DNA of 23,356 bases from an uncultured virus (IMG/VR IMGVR_UViG_3300037296_000405). Its lineage: Duplodnaviria > Heunggongvirae > Uroviricota > Caudoviricetes. The notes under the pieces are model-generated. The model was not told the DNA's origin and did no database searches. It saw nothing but the letters and a program-made list of their open reading frames with translations. The position numbers and the translations under genes were made by a program. The stretch lies in IMG/VR virus record IMGVR_UViG_3300037296_000405; one strand, written 5' to 3'. The first letter of the stretch is position 1; the number at the start of each line of letters is the position of its first letter. This document shows, in pieces, positions 1 to 8,833 of the stretch.

Positions 1-47
1 GAAGTTTTAAACAATAAGCTAATAGAATTAATGAAACTTATTTCGAG

Positions 48-551
48 TTAACCTCGCCACTCTTCATTAGGTTTTCTTATGATGATTTTATTATCTGAAA
101 GAATTTCTTCACAATCATCAATTAGTGCAAAGTACTCTTCATCACTAAGAGGAGGTTTGTCTAATGCAGACTTTTCAAGGGTGTCAAACTCAACCATTAG
201 TGAATCTAGCATCGAAGGATATTTTAGTATATCTATTTTTTTTAAATTAGGAAAAGAATCTTCGGTAGGAATATTGTCTGAATAAACGACAGATATCTTA
301 CTTTTAGATTTGTAAAAATCACTAACTCTAATAATTGATTTGTAATTTAAGAATTCAGATAGAGACATTTCAATTTGCCTTGAATATTCATTTATATTTA
401 TATCATCATGAAAAGTCTCATATATAAGATAATATTCATAGTCTTTGACATTGTTAGTCTCATCTACAAGACTTTTAATTATTTTTTTATCTAAATAATT
501 ATTATTTATTATTTCCTGAGCTTCTGATGAATTTATATGAAAATGAATCAT
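48..551 (-). CDS. Hypothetical acidic protein (167 aa), translationally coupled to the upstream rIIB-PcfJ gene
   Basis: ORF track; ATGA start/stop overlap at 548-551 with the upstream gene. No recognisable family motif. Confidence 0.75.
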   Translation of the reverse strand: MIHFHINSSEAQEIINNNYLDKKIIKSLVDETNNVKDYEYYLIYETFHDDININEYSRQIEMSLSEFLNYKSIIRVSDFYKSKSKISVVYSDNIPTEDSFPNLKKIDILKYPSMLDSLMVEFDTLEKSALDKPPLSDEEYFALIDDCEEILSDNKIIIRKPNEEWRG

Positions 552-1894
552 TTAGTATTTGCCTTAATAAGTCCGTGTTTATGTAGTAATTTTTTGATAA
601 ATTTTCTATCTGGTAAAGAAACTCCCTGAGAACGAGTTTTCTTAGACTCAAATTGAACGATAACTCCATTTTTTATCTCTATATTATATTGAATATTTTC
701 TGGAGTATAATCTTTAAATTTCTTCACTTTAGAGAACCCAATTAACAGAGTTTTTCCCTTTGATGCTTTGCTCGCATAACTTGTTCCTTGACCAATACAA
801 TTTCCCATAGTATTAGACCAAGATATTAATTCATAATAGTCTTGAGGAATAATACAGGTCATTTCAATTTCATCAAAATATTTTGATTTAATTTCTTCAA
901 GTTGAGGGAAGTGGCTTTCTTCTACTAAAGGAAAGTTTTCTCCAGCTTCTATTTTAAAAGCTTCTCTTTTTAAGAATTCTTTTAACTCAGTAATATTGAG
1001 AAATTTATTATTACTTAAATCATGTACTGTAGCGACGATAGGATATTTTTGTAATATTAAGATTACATCATCAACAACAAAACCTTTTTTTATAAAAGAT
1101 AGAATCTTTTTTTCAGTAAAATGTGAAAACACTTTGTTTAACAAGTGGAAGTTAACATTACTGTTAGTATTTTTAAATAAAGAATCTATTGATTTATTTT
1201 CGTATACTTTTTTAAAATTGTTAGAACTTAAAATATCTTTAAATATTGTGCCGTACATAAGAATACTACAATCAATAGACTTGGATTCCTCATCGAGTAA
1301 TTCATTTAAAATATATTTTTGTAAATTCTTTCCATCACCACCAAAGTAAGTTGAACAAATTTCCTCTATAGAAGATTCTTTTATGAATATACTTTTGATT
1401 GCATGAGGAAGGTTTGCATAACTATAGAATGGAAGCTCTTTATATTCGTTAACCTTATCCATGAAAACGACTTGACTTCTTTTATCGGGACAGTAAGCTT
1501 GACTATTGAAAAGATTCTTTACTTTTTTTCTGGTTTCTAAGTCTTCTTTATAGTTGGTATCAAACACCAAATTTTTAAAAAACTTAATTAAATAATCAAC
1601 TGAAACATCGTTACTTAAACTATTGTTAATTATTTCAGTAAATATTTTAGGGGCTTTAACTTCATTAATAAAAATATTACCTTTATCAATTCTAAGGTCT
1701 TTATTTGATTGAGCTTTAAATAAGCCCATCGAGGATAAAGCATCTTCAAATATTGTATCAGTTAAAGGTTTTTTACTTAATTTTTTTAGTACAGAGTTAT
1801 ATAGATTTTCATCTTCTTCTTTTTTTACAAAATACCAATGACCTTGATAGCAAATATTAAGTTGATTATCTACTTTTTGAAAAAATCGTTTCAT
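548..1894 (-). CDS. rIIB-like N-terminal region fused to a C-terminal PcfJ-like domain
   Basis: N-terminal LNICYQGHWY...DLRIDKGNIFINEV...IINNSLSNDVSVDYLIKFFKNL resembles the T4 rIIB core as I recall it (ISITVDGVTY...DVRIEGGSLFYQ...ILDSMEKG...FLENL). C-terminal IPQDYYELISWSNTMGNCIG...SY...YNIEIKNGVIVQF fits the PcfJ pattern. Directly downstream of rIIA. SD GGGAG. Confidence 0.7.
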   Translation of the reverse strand: MKRFFQKVDNQLNICYQGHWYFVKKEEDENLYNSVLKKLSKKPLTDTIFEDALSSMGLFKAQSNKDLRIDKGNIFINEVKAPKIFTEIINNSLSNDVSVDYLIKFFKNLVFDTNYKEDLETRKKVKNLFNSQAYCPDKRSQVVFMDKVNEYKELPFYSYANLPHAIKSIFIKESSIEEICSTYFGGDGKNLQKYILNELLDEESKSIDCSILMYGTIFKDILSSNNFKKVYENKSIDSLFKNTNSNVNFHLLNKVFSHFTEKKILSFIKKGFVVDDVILILQKYPIVATVHDLSNNKFLNITELKEFLKREAFKIEAGENFPLVEESHFPQLEEIKSKYFDEIEMTCIIPQDYYELISWSNTMGNCIGQGTSYASKASKGKTLLIGFSKVKKFKDYTPENIQYNIEIKNGVIVQFESKKTRSQGVSLPDRKFIKKLLHKHGLIKANTK

Positions 1895-1912
1895 GACTAA
1901 CTCCCTGTAATA

Positions 1913-1941
1913 ATTATACAGGATCTATCCTGATATTGCAA
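1913..1941 (-). promoter_or_regulatory. Sigma70-type promoter of the rIIB-PcfJ gene, with a palindrome in the spacer
   Basis: Minus strand TTGCAA-N17-TATAAT; the spacer contains CAGGAT-AG-ATCCTG (1919-1932). Confidence 0.65.
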
Positions 1942-1960
1942 GTTTTATTAAAAAATTAAG

Positions 1961-4195
1961 TTAAGAGACTTTTTTCTTAACCTTTTTTTTCTTGGTAGAT
2001 ACTTTTTTGTCCAGTATTTTCTTTTTAGCATTTATGTATATAACAATCTCATCTAAAGATTCGCTAAAATTATAAATATTGGAAACTAATGGATATTTTT
2101 TCATTATATCAGAAATATCAAGAAAAAGTTCTTCAATTTTGTTAACTTTCTCACTGCTAGAATCTTTATACAAATTTAAAATTTTCCTATTAATTTTATT
2201 TGGAGAATTGTCATTGACTCGTGGTTCATTTTGAAAAACTAATAATTCTTCTATCTTAGACTTAAGAAGAGTATCTTCCATTTTTTTATGACTTACAAGC
2301 CTTGTCCAGTTTTCCGTGTGAATAGTATTAACGCTAAAAAACTGATGTATTCCTGAGTTAAAGTGTTCTTCTGTTAAAGGAATTAACTTTGGAAGTTTTT
2401 CTACAAATTTATCCCAAGTATAAAAATTTTTATTTTTCTTGACAGTAGAAACATTTCTTTCACTTAATCCACAAAAGAAGAATTTAGGAATGTCTTTTGG
2501 AGTGCTCTCGTTAGATTTTGCGTTACCTCCATGAAGTCTTGAGAATCTTAATAGTTCTCTGACACCATTTCTATCTTCAAATAGAGAAGGAGTATCTACA
2601 AGGCTTCTTTGTTTACAAGTGAAATAAACTACAATGCAGTTCTTAAAATAATCAGGTTTAACATTAATACTATCTAAAGTATAATTATGAAGACTATTAT
2701 AATTTTCTTGTAGACTATGAAAGCAAAGTATTTCTTTATCTTTTGCATTAGCTTCTTTATCTGGTTTAGGTAGAGTCGATAACTTGGTTGCATCAATTTC
2801 TTTTAGAAATGTTGAAGAGTCTTCACTTTCAGTATCAAACATATAAATATTTTTGATTTTTCCATCAGTCACAATAAAATTTTTAATCCTTGACTTCCAA
2901 ACAGTATCTCTTTCATCTACATCATTTTCAATAAATATTGAAGAGTCAAAATCAATCTTTAAAGAACGCCAACCATTAACTCCTGCATCTTTTTTACTCA
3001 TTCGACCATTTCTTGAGTCAACAGAGTATCTTTGAATATCAGAACGAAATATTTGAGAAACAAATCCTTGATAATTAATACTGTGTTTGATTCCATTCGG
3101 GCTTGTCCAATTAAGTACTTCTTTAGAATTAAAGTACTGGAAAAACATTTTTGATAAAACAGCAAGTTCATGAAAATCTTTTATTTTAGCAACAAAACTT
3201 TTCTTAAAAGTCTCAACATCAATTAAAGCCTCTTTTGTTATTTTATCTAAAGAATTCCAAGTCTTATTATTTTGGTCTCTTTCAAGACCTTCTCTTGATG
3301 CGGTTCTTTCAACAGAACCAATTGGTAATGTAATCGCAACTAGACAATTTGAATTAAATGTTTTTTGAAGCTTTAAAACATTTTCTGTATTAAAATTAGA
3401 TGAAAAATCATAAGGGATATTGTCATAAACTCCAACAAGTGTTGAATCATATGGATGGGCATTGAATACGCTTCCAATAGCCCTACTATTTGATTTATCG
3501 TAAACAGATATATTGTCAAAAGTATATTCTGGTTTTAATGTATACCAACTTGGTAATTCATCTTCATCTATATTTACCAAGTCCACTTTGTCTTTACAGA
3601 AGAATGTTAGTTTTAATATTTCTCTATGAAAATGAAGCATTCTTTGTTCACTTTCAACAAGAACAAAAACTTCAAGACCATTTGGTTCATCAGTGTCTTC
3701 AATTTCATCTTCAATTAAGTCAATCGCAATATCTCCACCAGTATCAAGGTGAATAGAATAAGGATATTTTTTACCTTTGTAATAAGAGGTTACAAAGTAA
3801 CTTTTAAATAAAGAAAAAAGAGCGAATCTTCCAAGTCCCATAAATCCAACAGCATCATTTCTATCTCTTTTTTCACTATGACCTAAAGATAAATATTCAT
3901 TCATCATGTACTCAGGCGAGAGACCTGTTCCGAAATCTCTAATTCTTAACATTGGAAATGTTTTAGTTGGTATTTGAATTTCAACTTTTTCTTTTACGTT
4001 AGACATATTATGAGCATCAATAGCATTTGATAAAATTTCCCTTACAGAAGAGGCTTCTTTATTTGCGTACATTGTATTTACTAGAACTTGAACAATGTGA
4101 GATGAGTTTTTTGCTTTTATTGATGCAGTTCCTAGCTTTGTAGAACCTGTTTCAATTGAAACATTCGCTGTAGATAGTGTGTTTTGAGTAGCCAT
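1961..4195 (-). CDS. rIIA: rIIA-like protein (N-terminal GHKL/Hsp90-like ATPase)
   Basis: Motifs MYANKEASSVREILSNAIDAH, IRDFGTGLS, SEKRDRNDAVGFMGLGRFA, VTSYYKG, NGLEV and LPIGSVERTASREGL follow the phage rIIA pattern; 744 aa is a typical size; followed by an rIIB-like gene. Confidence 0.88.
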   Translation of the reverse strand: MATQNTLSTANVSIETGSTKLGTASIKAKNSSHIVQVLVNTMYANKEASSVREILSNAIDAHNMSNVKEKVEIQIPTKTFPMLRIRDFGTGLSPEYMMNEYLSLGHSEKRDRNDAVGFMGLGRFALFSLFKSYFVTSYYKGKKYPYSIHLDTGGDIAIDLIEDEIEDTDEPNGLEVFVLVESEQRMLHFHREILKLTFFCKDKVDLVNIDEDELPSWYTLKPEYTFDNISVYDKSNSRAIGSVFNAHPYDSTLVGVYDNIPYDFSSNFNTENVLKLQKTFNSNCLVAITLPIGSVERTASREGLERDQNNKTWNSLDKITKEALIDVETFKKSFVAKIKDFHELAVLSKMFFQYFNSKEVLNWTSPNGIKHSINYQGFVSQIFRSDIQRYSVDSRNGRMSKKDAGVNGWRSLKIDFDSSIFIENDVDERDTVWKSRIKNFIVTDGKIKNIYMFDTESEDSSTFLKEIDATKLSTLPKPDKEANAKDKEILCFHSLQENYNSLHNYTLDSINVKPDYFKNCIVVYFTCKQRSLVDTPSLFEDRNGVRELLRFSRLHGGNAKSNESTPKDIPKFFFCGLSERNVSTVKKNKNFYTWDKFVEKLPKLIPLTEEHFNSGIHQFFSVNTIHTENWTRLVSHKKMEDTLLKSKIEELLVFQNEPRVNDNSPNKINRKILNLYKDSSSEKVNKIEELFLDISDIMKKYPLVSNIYNFSESLDEIVIYINAKKKILDKKVSTKKKKVKKKVS

Positions 4196-4230
4196 TGAAA
4201 TGTCCTTTTTTTATAGTTAAGTTATTGTTT

Positions 4231-4259
4231 ATTATATCATATTAGCATTATATTATCAA
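4231..4259 (-). promoter_or_regulatory. Sigma70-type promoter of rIIA
   Basis: TTGATA-N17-TATAAT with TGn extended -10. Confidence 0.6.
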
Positions 4260-4267
4260 TGTAAAAG

Positions 4268-5074
4268 TTAACGTTTTTCACCCCAAGTATCATCTAAAGT
4301 TTCTTGTGAAGTTATTTCCATACTAGGTAAATGGATTGCACTAAGCTTATTTGGTTTATATATTGTTGTATCAATACAAGCGTAATGTTTATCTATTAAA
4401 ACGTCAGATTGGTTAGTGTGTCCGAATACATTGAATATTCCAAAATCAGGAACAGGAATACTACTGTCAAGACGATTCCAAAGAATGTCTAAAATAGCTC
4501 GTTGTTCAGTACTAGATGAATCTTTTATATGACAGTTTAGTAGTGTTTTTGATGATTCTTTTAGTAAAAGTTTTTTTAGATTTTCTAAAGAACCCATATC
4601 TGTAGCCGACTTATCTATTCCTGCATGTGAAAGAATAAGTTCTCTATCATTTATTTTAATGTTAGGAAAGTTTGCAACTAAAGGTAGTGATTTAAACCAA
4701 TTTACATGCTCAATAAATTTCTTTTTATTATCAATACGATTTGAAATTTTCCATCTACCACCATAAGAACGATGCGTCATTTTTCCATTATTGTATAACC
4801 ACAAACTTTCATATCTTTTCCAAGATGGGTGGTCTTCAACAATCATAAAATGGTCGTGGTTTCCTAATAAAGCAAAAGTGTTAGGTCTATTTTTAATAAG
4901 CTCAACTAATTCTTTTGCACGACGACCTTTATCTATCATATCACCTATAACGAAAATTGCTACATTCGGATATTTTTTTGATAGTGTATCTAAAAGAGCT
5001 TCCGTTGTTGCCAAATGAGCATGTGGGTCACTTATTGCGATAATCTCTGAGAATTTGAATTCTTTCCATAGCAT
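4268..5074 (-). CDS. PPP-family metallophosphoesterase / Ser-Thr protein phosphatase (PrpA or lambda NinI-like)
   Basis: Motifs ISDPHAH, IGDMIDKG, LLGNHD, WLYNNG, SHAG, ILWNR, VFGHT and CIDT. Confidence 0.9.
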   Translation of the reverse strand: MLWKEFKFSEIIAISDPHAHLATTEALLDTLSKKYPNVAIFVIGDMIDKGRRAKELVELIKNRPNTFALLGNHDHFMIVEDHPSWKRYESLWLYNNGKMTHRSYGGRWKISNRIDNKKKFIEHVNWFKSLPLVANFPNIKINDRELILSHAGIDKSATDMGSLENLKKLLLKESSKTLLNCHIKDSSSTEQRAILDILWNRLDSSIPVPDFGIFNVFGHTNQSDVLIDKHYACIDTTIYKPNKLSAIHLPSMEITSQETLDDTWGEKR

Positions 5075-5079
5075 AGTTA

Positions 5080-5108
5080 ATTATACCATAATCGTTAAAA
5101 TATAGCAA
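5080..5108 (-). promoter_or_regulatory. Sigma70-type promoter, probably leaderless, of the phosphatase
   Basis: TTGCTA-N17-TATAAT with TGn; ATG 5 nt after the -10; no SD. Confidence 0.6.
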
Positions 5109-5111
5109 GAT

Positions 5112-5297
5112 CTATATTTGATTAACTTCATTAAGATAGTCAGTTCTAAGTTTATCAATACAATCAAAGCACGAACCGCAATCCTTAGTTAGGTTGTTGT
5201 CAATTAGAAACTTTTCCCAAGATGGTAAGTCTCTGTTTTTCTGTAGAAATTTTATTATAGTATTATTATCAATACCAGAACATAAACATAATATCAT
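5112..5297 (-). CDS. Bfd-like [2Fe-2S]-binding protein
   Basis: MILCLC...CGSC (CxC...CxxC) Bfd pattern. Start moved to ATG 5297 because SD GAGGTG precedes it. Confidence 0.8.
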   Translation of the reverse strand: MILCLCSGIDNNTIIKFLQKNRDLPSWEKFLIDNNLTKDCGSCFDCIDKLRTDYLNEVNQI

Positions 5298-5347
5298 GTT
5301 TGCCACCTCTTACAGATATATTACTATTAAAACTTTCATAAATCAAG

Positions 5348-6055
5348 TTATTCTTTATTTGATGAATCAGTAAAAGAAGACTCAATTAAATCTATTGATA
5401 TTTTTAAAACAAGCTTTATATTTTCATAAACATTATTTTGGTGAGGAAAGTTTCTTTGAGATTGCTTTAGCATTGGTAATATGAATGTTACAGTCTCTTT
5501 TATATATTGCTTCTTTTTAGTTGAAGAGAATACTGAACCACAAGAAGCAAAATTATGAATCCGGTCAACACCTTTTACTATTGAAGCAATAGGGTCATTT
5601 TCCATTGCTTTAAAATATTTATCTGGAGGTGTAACAGTTCCATTGTATTTTTTTGTAAGTAATCTTAATGAAGCAATCATCTTATTTATATTAAAAGTTA
5701 CTAATTTTTCTCTTTCGTATAGTAATTTTTGGATTTCCCATTCATCTTCGAAATCTTTTTGAACTTTTTCAAAACTAATATCATAATCTTCACATAAGTC
5801 ATGTAAAAATGCTAGAGCGATAGCTTCTTCTCTATAACTAGTAAAGTCAGACAGTGTTCTTAAATAAGAAGCAATGATAATCATATGATTAAATTCAGGA
5901 GTTATTTTATCTTTTCTTTTACTGTTATGATATCTTGATGCGTACTCCAAAGCAAATGAAGCCATTCCAAAGTTTCTACCATGAAGCCAGTTTCTTATCG
6001 CTATAACATCTTTTTTGTGACTACTTTTACTTCTTGGTGATAATTGCATATTCAT
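5348..6055 (-). CDS. HD-domain hydrolase of the Mesh1 / small alarmone hydrolase (SpoT-HD) type
   Basis: ALEYASRYH..RKD...H, FLHDLCED, LLTK and VKGVDRIHN motifs. True start may be ATG 6049 (SD AAAGGA). Confidence 0.8.
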   Translation of the reverse strand: MNMQLSPRSKSSHKKDVIAIRNWLHGRNFGMASFALEYASRYHNSKRKDKITPEFNHMIIIASYLRTLSDFTSYREEAIALAFLHDLCEDYDISFEKVQKDFEDEWEIQKLLYEREKLVTFNINKMIASLRLLTKKYNGTVTPPDKYFKAMENDPIASIVKGVDRIHNFASCGSVFSSTKKKQYIKETVTFILPMLKQSQRNFPHQNNVYENIKLVLKISIDLIESSFTDSSNKE

Positions 6056-6066
6056 CCTTTATTTTT

Positions 6067-6095
6067 ATTATATAATTAGATAAATACTAAGTCAA
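6067..6095 (-). promoter_or_regulatory. Sigma70-type promoter of the HD hydrolase gene
   Basis: TTGACT-N17-TATAAT. Confidence 0.65.
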
Positions 6096-6256
6096 ATTAA
6101 TGAAAACAATAAATTTTTTATTAAAATGAAGATCGTAAGCTATTAATAATATAGAGATCTTTCAATAAATTTTGACACTATAGAAAAAATGGCTTGTTTT
6201 TTGATCTAAACAAAGATACAATGATTAAGATGATAAAAACCCTGATAGGAGGAAAT

Positions 6257-6736
6257 ATGAAAGATTATCAAGACCAAAGTGAAACAAGTACAGAAGATTC
6301 AACATCTCAATCGGTTCAATGTCCAGTGACTACTCAAGTTGCAACCCCAGTGACTCCGACAGAGGTAAAAACAGAAACTAATGAATCTACAGAGGATAAG
6401 ACTGTTGAAGTGGTTTCTAGAAAAGATAACAACTCTCAAAGGTTAGCAAATAAGTCGGTTTCAAAAGACAATGTTGTAAGCGTAGCTAAAGCTAAGCTAT
6501 CTTATAAGCAAGTTGAACTAACATCAAAAATTAAAGAAAAAGGAACAGCTCTAGGACTTAGTGTTGCAATTACACGAGGAAGACTCTCGAATATGTGCAA
6601 TGGTAACTGTAATCTTACAGAAACAATTGAAAAGGTTTGTACAGCTTTATTGGAAGATGCAGGTTGGACTGTAACTGAAAAGAAAGCAAATCAAGAAGTT
6701 AGTTCTTCACCAGAAGTAGAAGTAGCTGTAGCATAA
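6257..6736 (+). CDS. Hypothetical protein: disordered Ser/Thr/Glu-rich N-terminus plus possible Xre-like HTH
   Basis: Strong SD AGGAGG before ATG 6257; the segment YKQVELTSKI...ITRGRLSNMCNG resembles an Xre HTH; own terminator. Confidence 0.7.
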   Translation: MKDYQDQSETSTEDSTSQSVQCPVTTQVATPVTPTEVKTETNESTEDKTVEVVSRKDNNSQRLANKSVSKDNVVSVAKAKLSYKQVELTSKIKEKGTALGLSVAITRGRLSNMCNGNCNLTETIEKVCTALLEDAGWTVTEKKANQEVSSSPEVEVAVA

Positions 6737-6761
6737 TAAAATTACACATTAACAATTATTA

Positions 6762-6797
6762 AAAAAAGACAGAATTTTAATTAGTTCTGTCTTTTTT
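6762..6797. terminator. Bidirectional intrinsic terminator
   Basis: AAAAAAGACAGAA / TTCTGTCTTTTTT inverted repeat between convergent genes. Confidence 0.8.
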
Positions 6798-6879
6798 ACA
6801 TTTACCTACCCGTTTCAAATGAATTCTTACAATTATCCCTCCATATATTTTGTATGAAAGATAAAGATAATAATTATTT

Positions 6880-7227
6880 TTATTTCATATGAAAATTAAA
6901 ATAGTAATGAGATAATAAAAAAATATAGAATATCGTTGATAAAGATACAGGTATAGCTAATATTATTGGCATCATTAAAATTATATAAATTCCTGTAATG
7001 AGTGTTCTTGAATACCCTAACCAAACATAATCAAAATATAATAAAAAAAAAATACTACAAATAAGATAGGATACAGCACCTATCATAAAATATATTTTAG
7101 TTTGTTCAAACTGAGAATCAAGGTGTGGGCTACTGGGAACAACTATTTGTTTATAGGTTAATAATGTATAAATAAAAGTTATTACTGTGATAAGACATAT
7201 TACAATTTGATAATAATTATATTTAAT
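6880..7227 (-). CDS. Small membrane protein (about 115 aa, roughly 3 TM) with probable ATT start
   Basis: The frame of the 68-aa track ORF stays open to ATT at 7225-7227, preceded by SD AGGAG (7233-7237); the extension adds a hydrophobic segment. Confidence 0.55.
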   Translation of the reverse strand: MKYNYYQIVICLITVITFIYTLLTYKQIVVPSSPHLDSQFEQTKIYFMIGAVSYLICSIFFLLYFDYVWLGYSRTLITGIYIILMMPIILAIPVSLSTIFYIFLLSHYYFNFHMK

Positions 7228-7420
7228 TTAAGCTCCTATAATATCTTATATAACCTGATTTTATTGAAAGCCTCATACATTAATTCTATTTCTTTATTTA
7301 TATCTGTTATAAAAAATATCCTTTTATTTAAAAATTACTTATACTTAAAGGAATGATTTATTCCTCTTATCTTCAGAAATATATAATATTTTAGTAAATT
7401 CACTTTCTAAAGTAAACAAA

Positions 7421-7612
7421 GTGTTTTTATCTCAAAAAGAAGAAACTATTGCATTTAAAAGAGCTTGGACCAACGGAGATTTAATTGCCTATGAATTTAT
7501 TGTAGATACAATTCTAAAATTAAATCCAGAATTAGCTTCAAGTGTAACTAAAAGATTGTTTAACAGAGAAAGAATAGGAACCTCAAAATTTCCTGACATA
7601 GATATAGAATAG
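7421..7612 (+). CDS. Small hypothetical protein, start uncertain
   Basis: GTG-start ORF without an SD; the frame is open upstream to 7349. Confidence 0.45.
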   Translation: MFLSQKEETIAFKRAWTNGDLIAYEFIVDTILKLNPELASSVTKRLFNRERIGTSKFPDIDIE

Positions 7613-7616
7613 AATG

Positions 7617-8744
7617 TTATATTTTTTTCTTCTTGAAGTAAAAGTAATGAATTATAAAAAATAATATATTAATTAATCCTAATACAATTAAAATTTCTTT
7701 TATATCTAAAAATTTGCTAAGATACGAACATAAAAATGATTGAGCCGATAAAACAAGGCAAGATATAGAATTAAAAACAGAGCCATAACTTGCAATCTGT
7801 TTTTTATTAACTAAATTTAGTAATTTTGTGTAATAATAAAAATAAGAGCTTCTAGGAGCTAGAGCGAATGTAAGAGCAATCAGTACCCATAATTTATTAT
7901 CTCCAATTATAATTATTCCTAGAATTGGAATTGTTCCTATAGCAGTAAGTTTAATACCCATTTTGCTAAATATATTTCCTTTAAGACAAAATAAAGCTAA
8001 TAAAAATTGAAAAGCACTAAAAATTATAGGGTAACTATAAATAGGGAAATTGTATAGTTTTAGTAAAGGCTGGAAAGAGTTGAAAAACATAAAGAAAGTT
8101 GAAGAACTAATAATTAAACTACAGATAAGATATTTAATTTCATAATTACGATTCATCGTTAAAAGTACTGACTTAAAATCTAATCCTTTTTTATCTAGGT
8201 CAATATGATGTCCATTTTTAAAGTTTATTTTAAACGAACATATTATTGCCAAGAAACAAGCTGGTATCTGAATTGATATCAGTATAATATAGTTATCTGG
8301 AGAAAAATAAAGAATAGAACCTGCAATTAGTGTAGCAAAAACATTTCCTATTCTTTTAAAAAATATTTTTGTTCCAATTATATTGTCTTGTTTTTTTTGA
8401 TGAATAAGTATGGCGTCATCACTACCAGATAAGAAGGACAAACTAATTCCAAAAAAAACATTCATAATAGAAAAAGAAATTATGTTTTGAAACAAAAAAA
8501 CTGCCAAAGCTCCAAGTAGATAGAAAACACTTGATATAATGATACTTCTTCTTGAACCGTACTTATCTGAAAATAAGCCAGTAGGTATTTCAAATAAAAA
8601 TAAACTTCCCAAAAAAATACCGTTAAGTAAGAAAAAGTGGGAATCATTCATTCCGTAGAAAATTAACAAAGGAAGCAATAGACCTTGAATAAATAAAGAT
8701 TGTCTAAAAAAATTTATAAAAAAAACAAGTGATTTATCTTTCAT
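7617..8744 (-). CDS. MFS transporter
   Basis: About 12 hydrophobic segments; motif A FEIPTGLFSDKYGSRRS; SFLSGSDDAI. Confidence 0.9.
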   Translation of the reverse strand: MKDKSLVFFINFFRQSLFIQGLLLPLLIFYGMNDSHFFLLNGIFLGSLFLFEIPTGLFSDKYGSRRSIIISSVFYLLGALAVFLFQNIISFSIMNVFFGISLSFLSGSDDAILIHQKKQDNIIGTKIFFKRIGNVFATLIAGSILYFSPDNYIILISIQIPACFLAIICSFKINFKNGHHIDLDKKGLDFKSVLLTMNRNYEIKYLICSLIISSSTFFMFFNSFQPLLKLYNFPIYSYPIIFSAFQFLLALFCLKGNIFSKMGIKLTAIGTIPILGIIIIGDNKLWVLIALTFALAPRSSYFYYYTKLLNLVNKKQIASYGSVFNSISCLVLSAQSFLCSYLSKFLDIKEILIVLGLINILFFIIHYFYFKKKKI

Positions 8745-8833
8745 TAACAGTTAAATGAAATAAAGATAAAGAATACACATAAAAAAAAGATGAAGTTTTA
8801 TTATTTTATAGATAAAAAATCCATTGAATAATA

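Noticed and set aside
1961..4195. HtpG, MutL or gyrase B call for the GHKL ATPase
   Set aside because: Similarity is limited to the shared ATPase motifs; the SRE-x-L motif, length and rIIB-like neighbour fit rIIA.
79..5018. Plus-strand ORFs 79-285, 996-1349, 2853-3035, 3490-3756 and 4791-5018
   Set aside because: Antisense shadows lying inside well-supported minus-strand genes.
6194..6256. TTG-start N-terminal extension of the 180-aa ORF
   Set aside because: Overlaps a likely promoter (TTGTTT-N17-TACAAT); SD AGGAGG supports ATG 6257.
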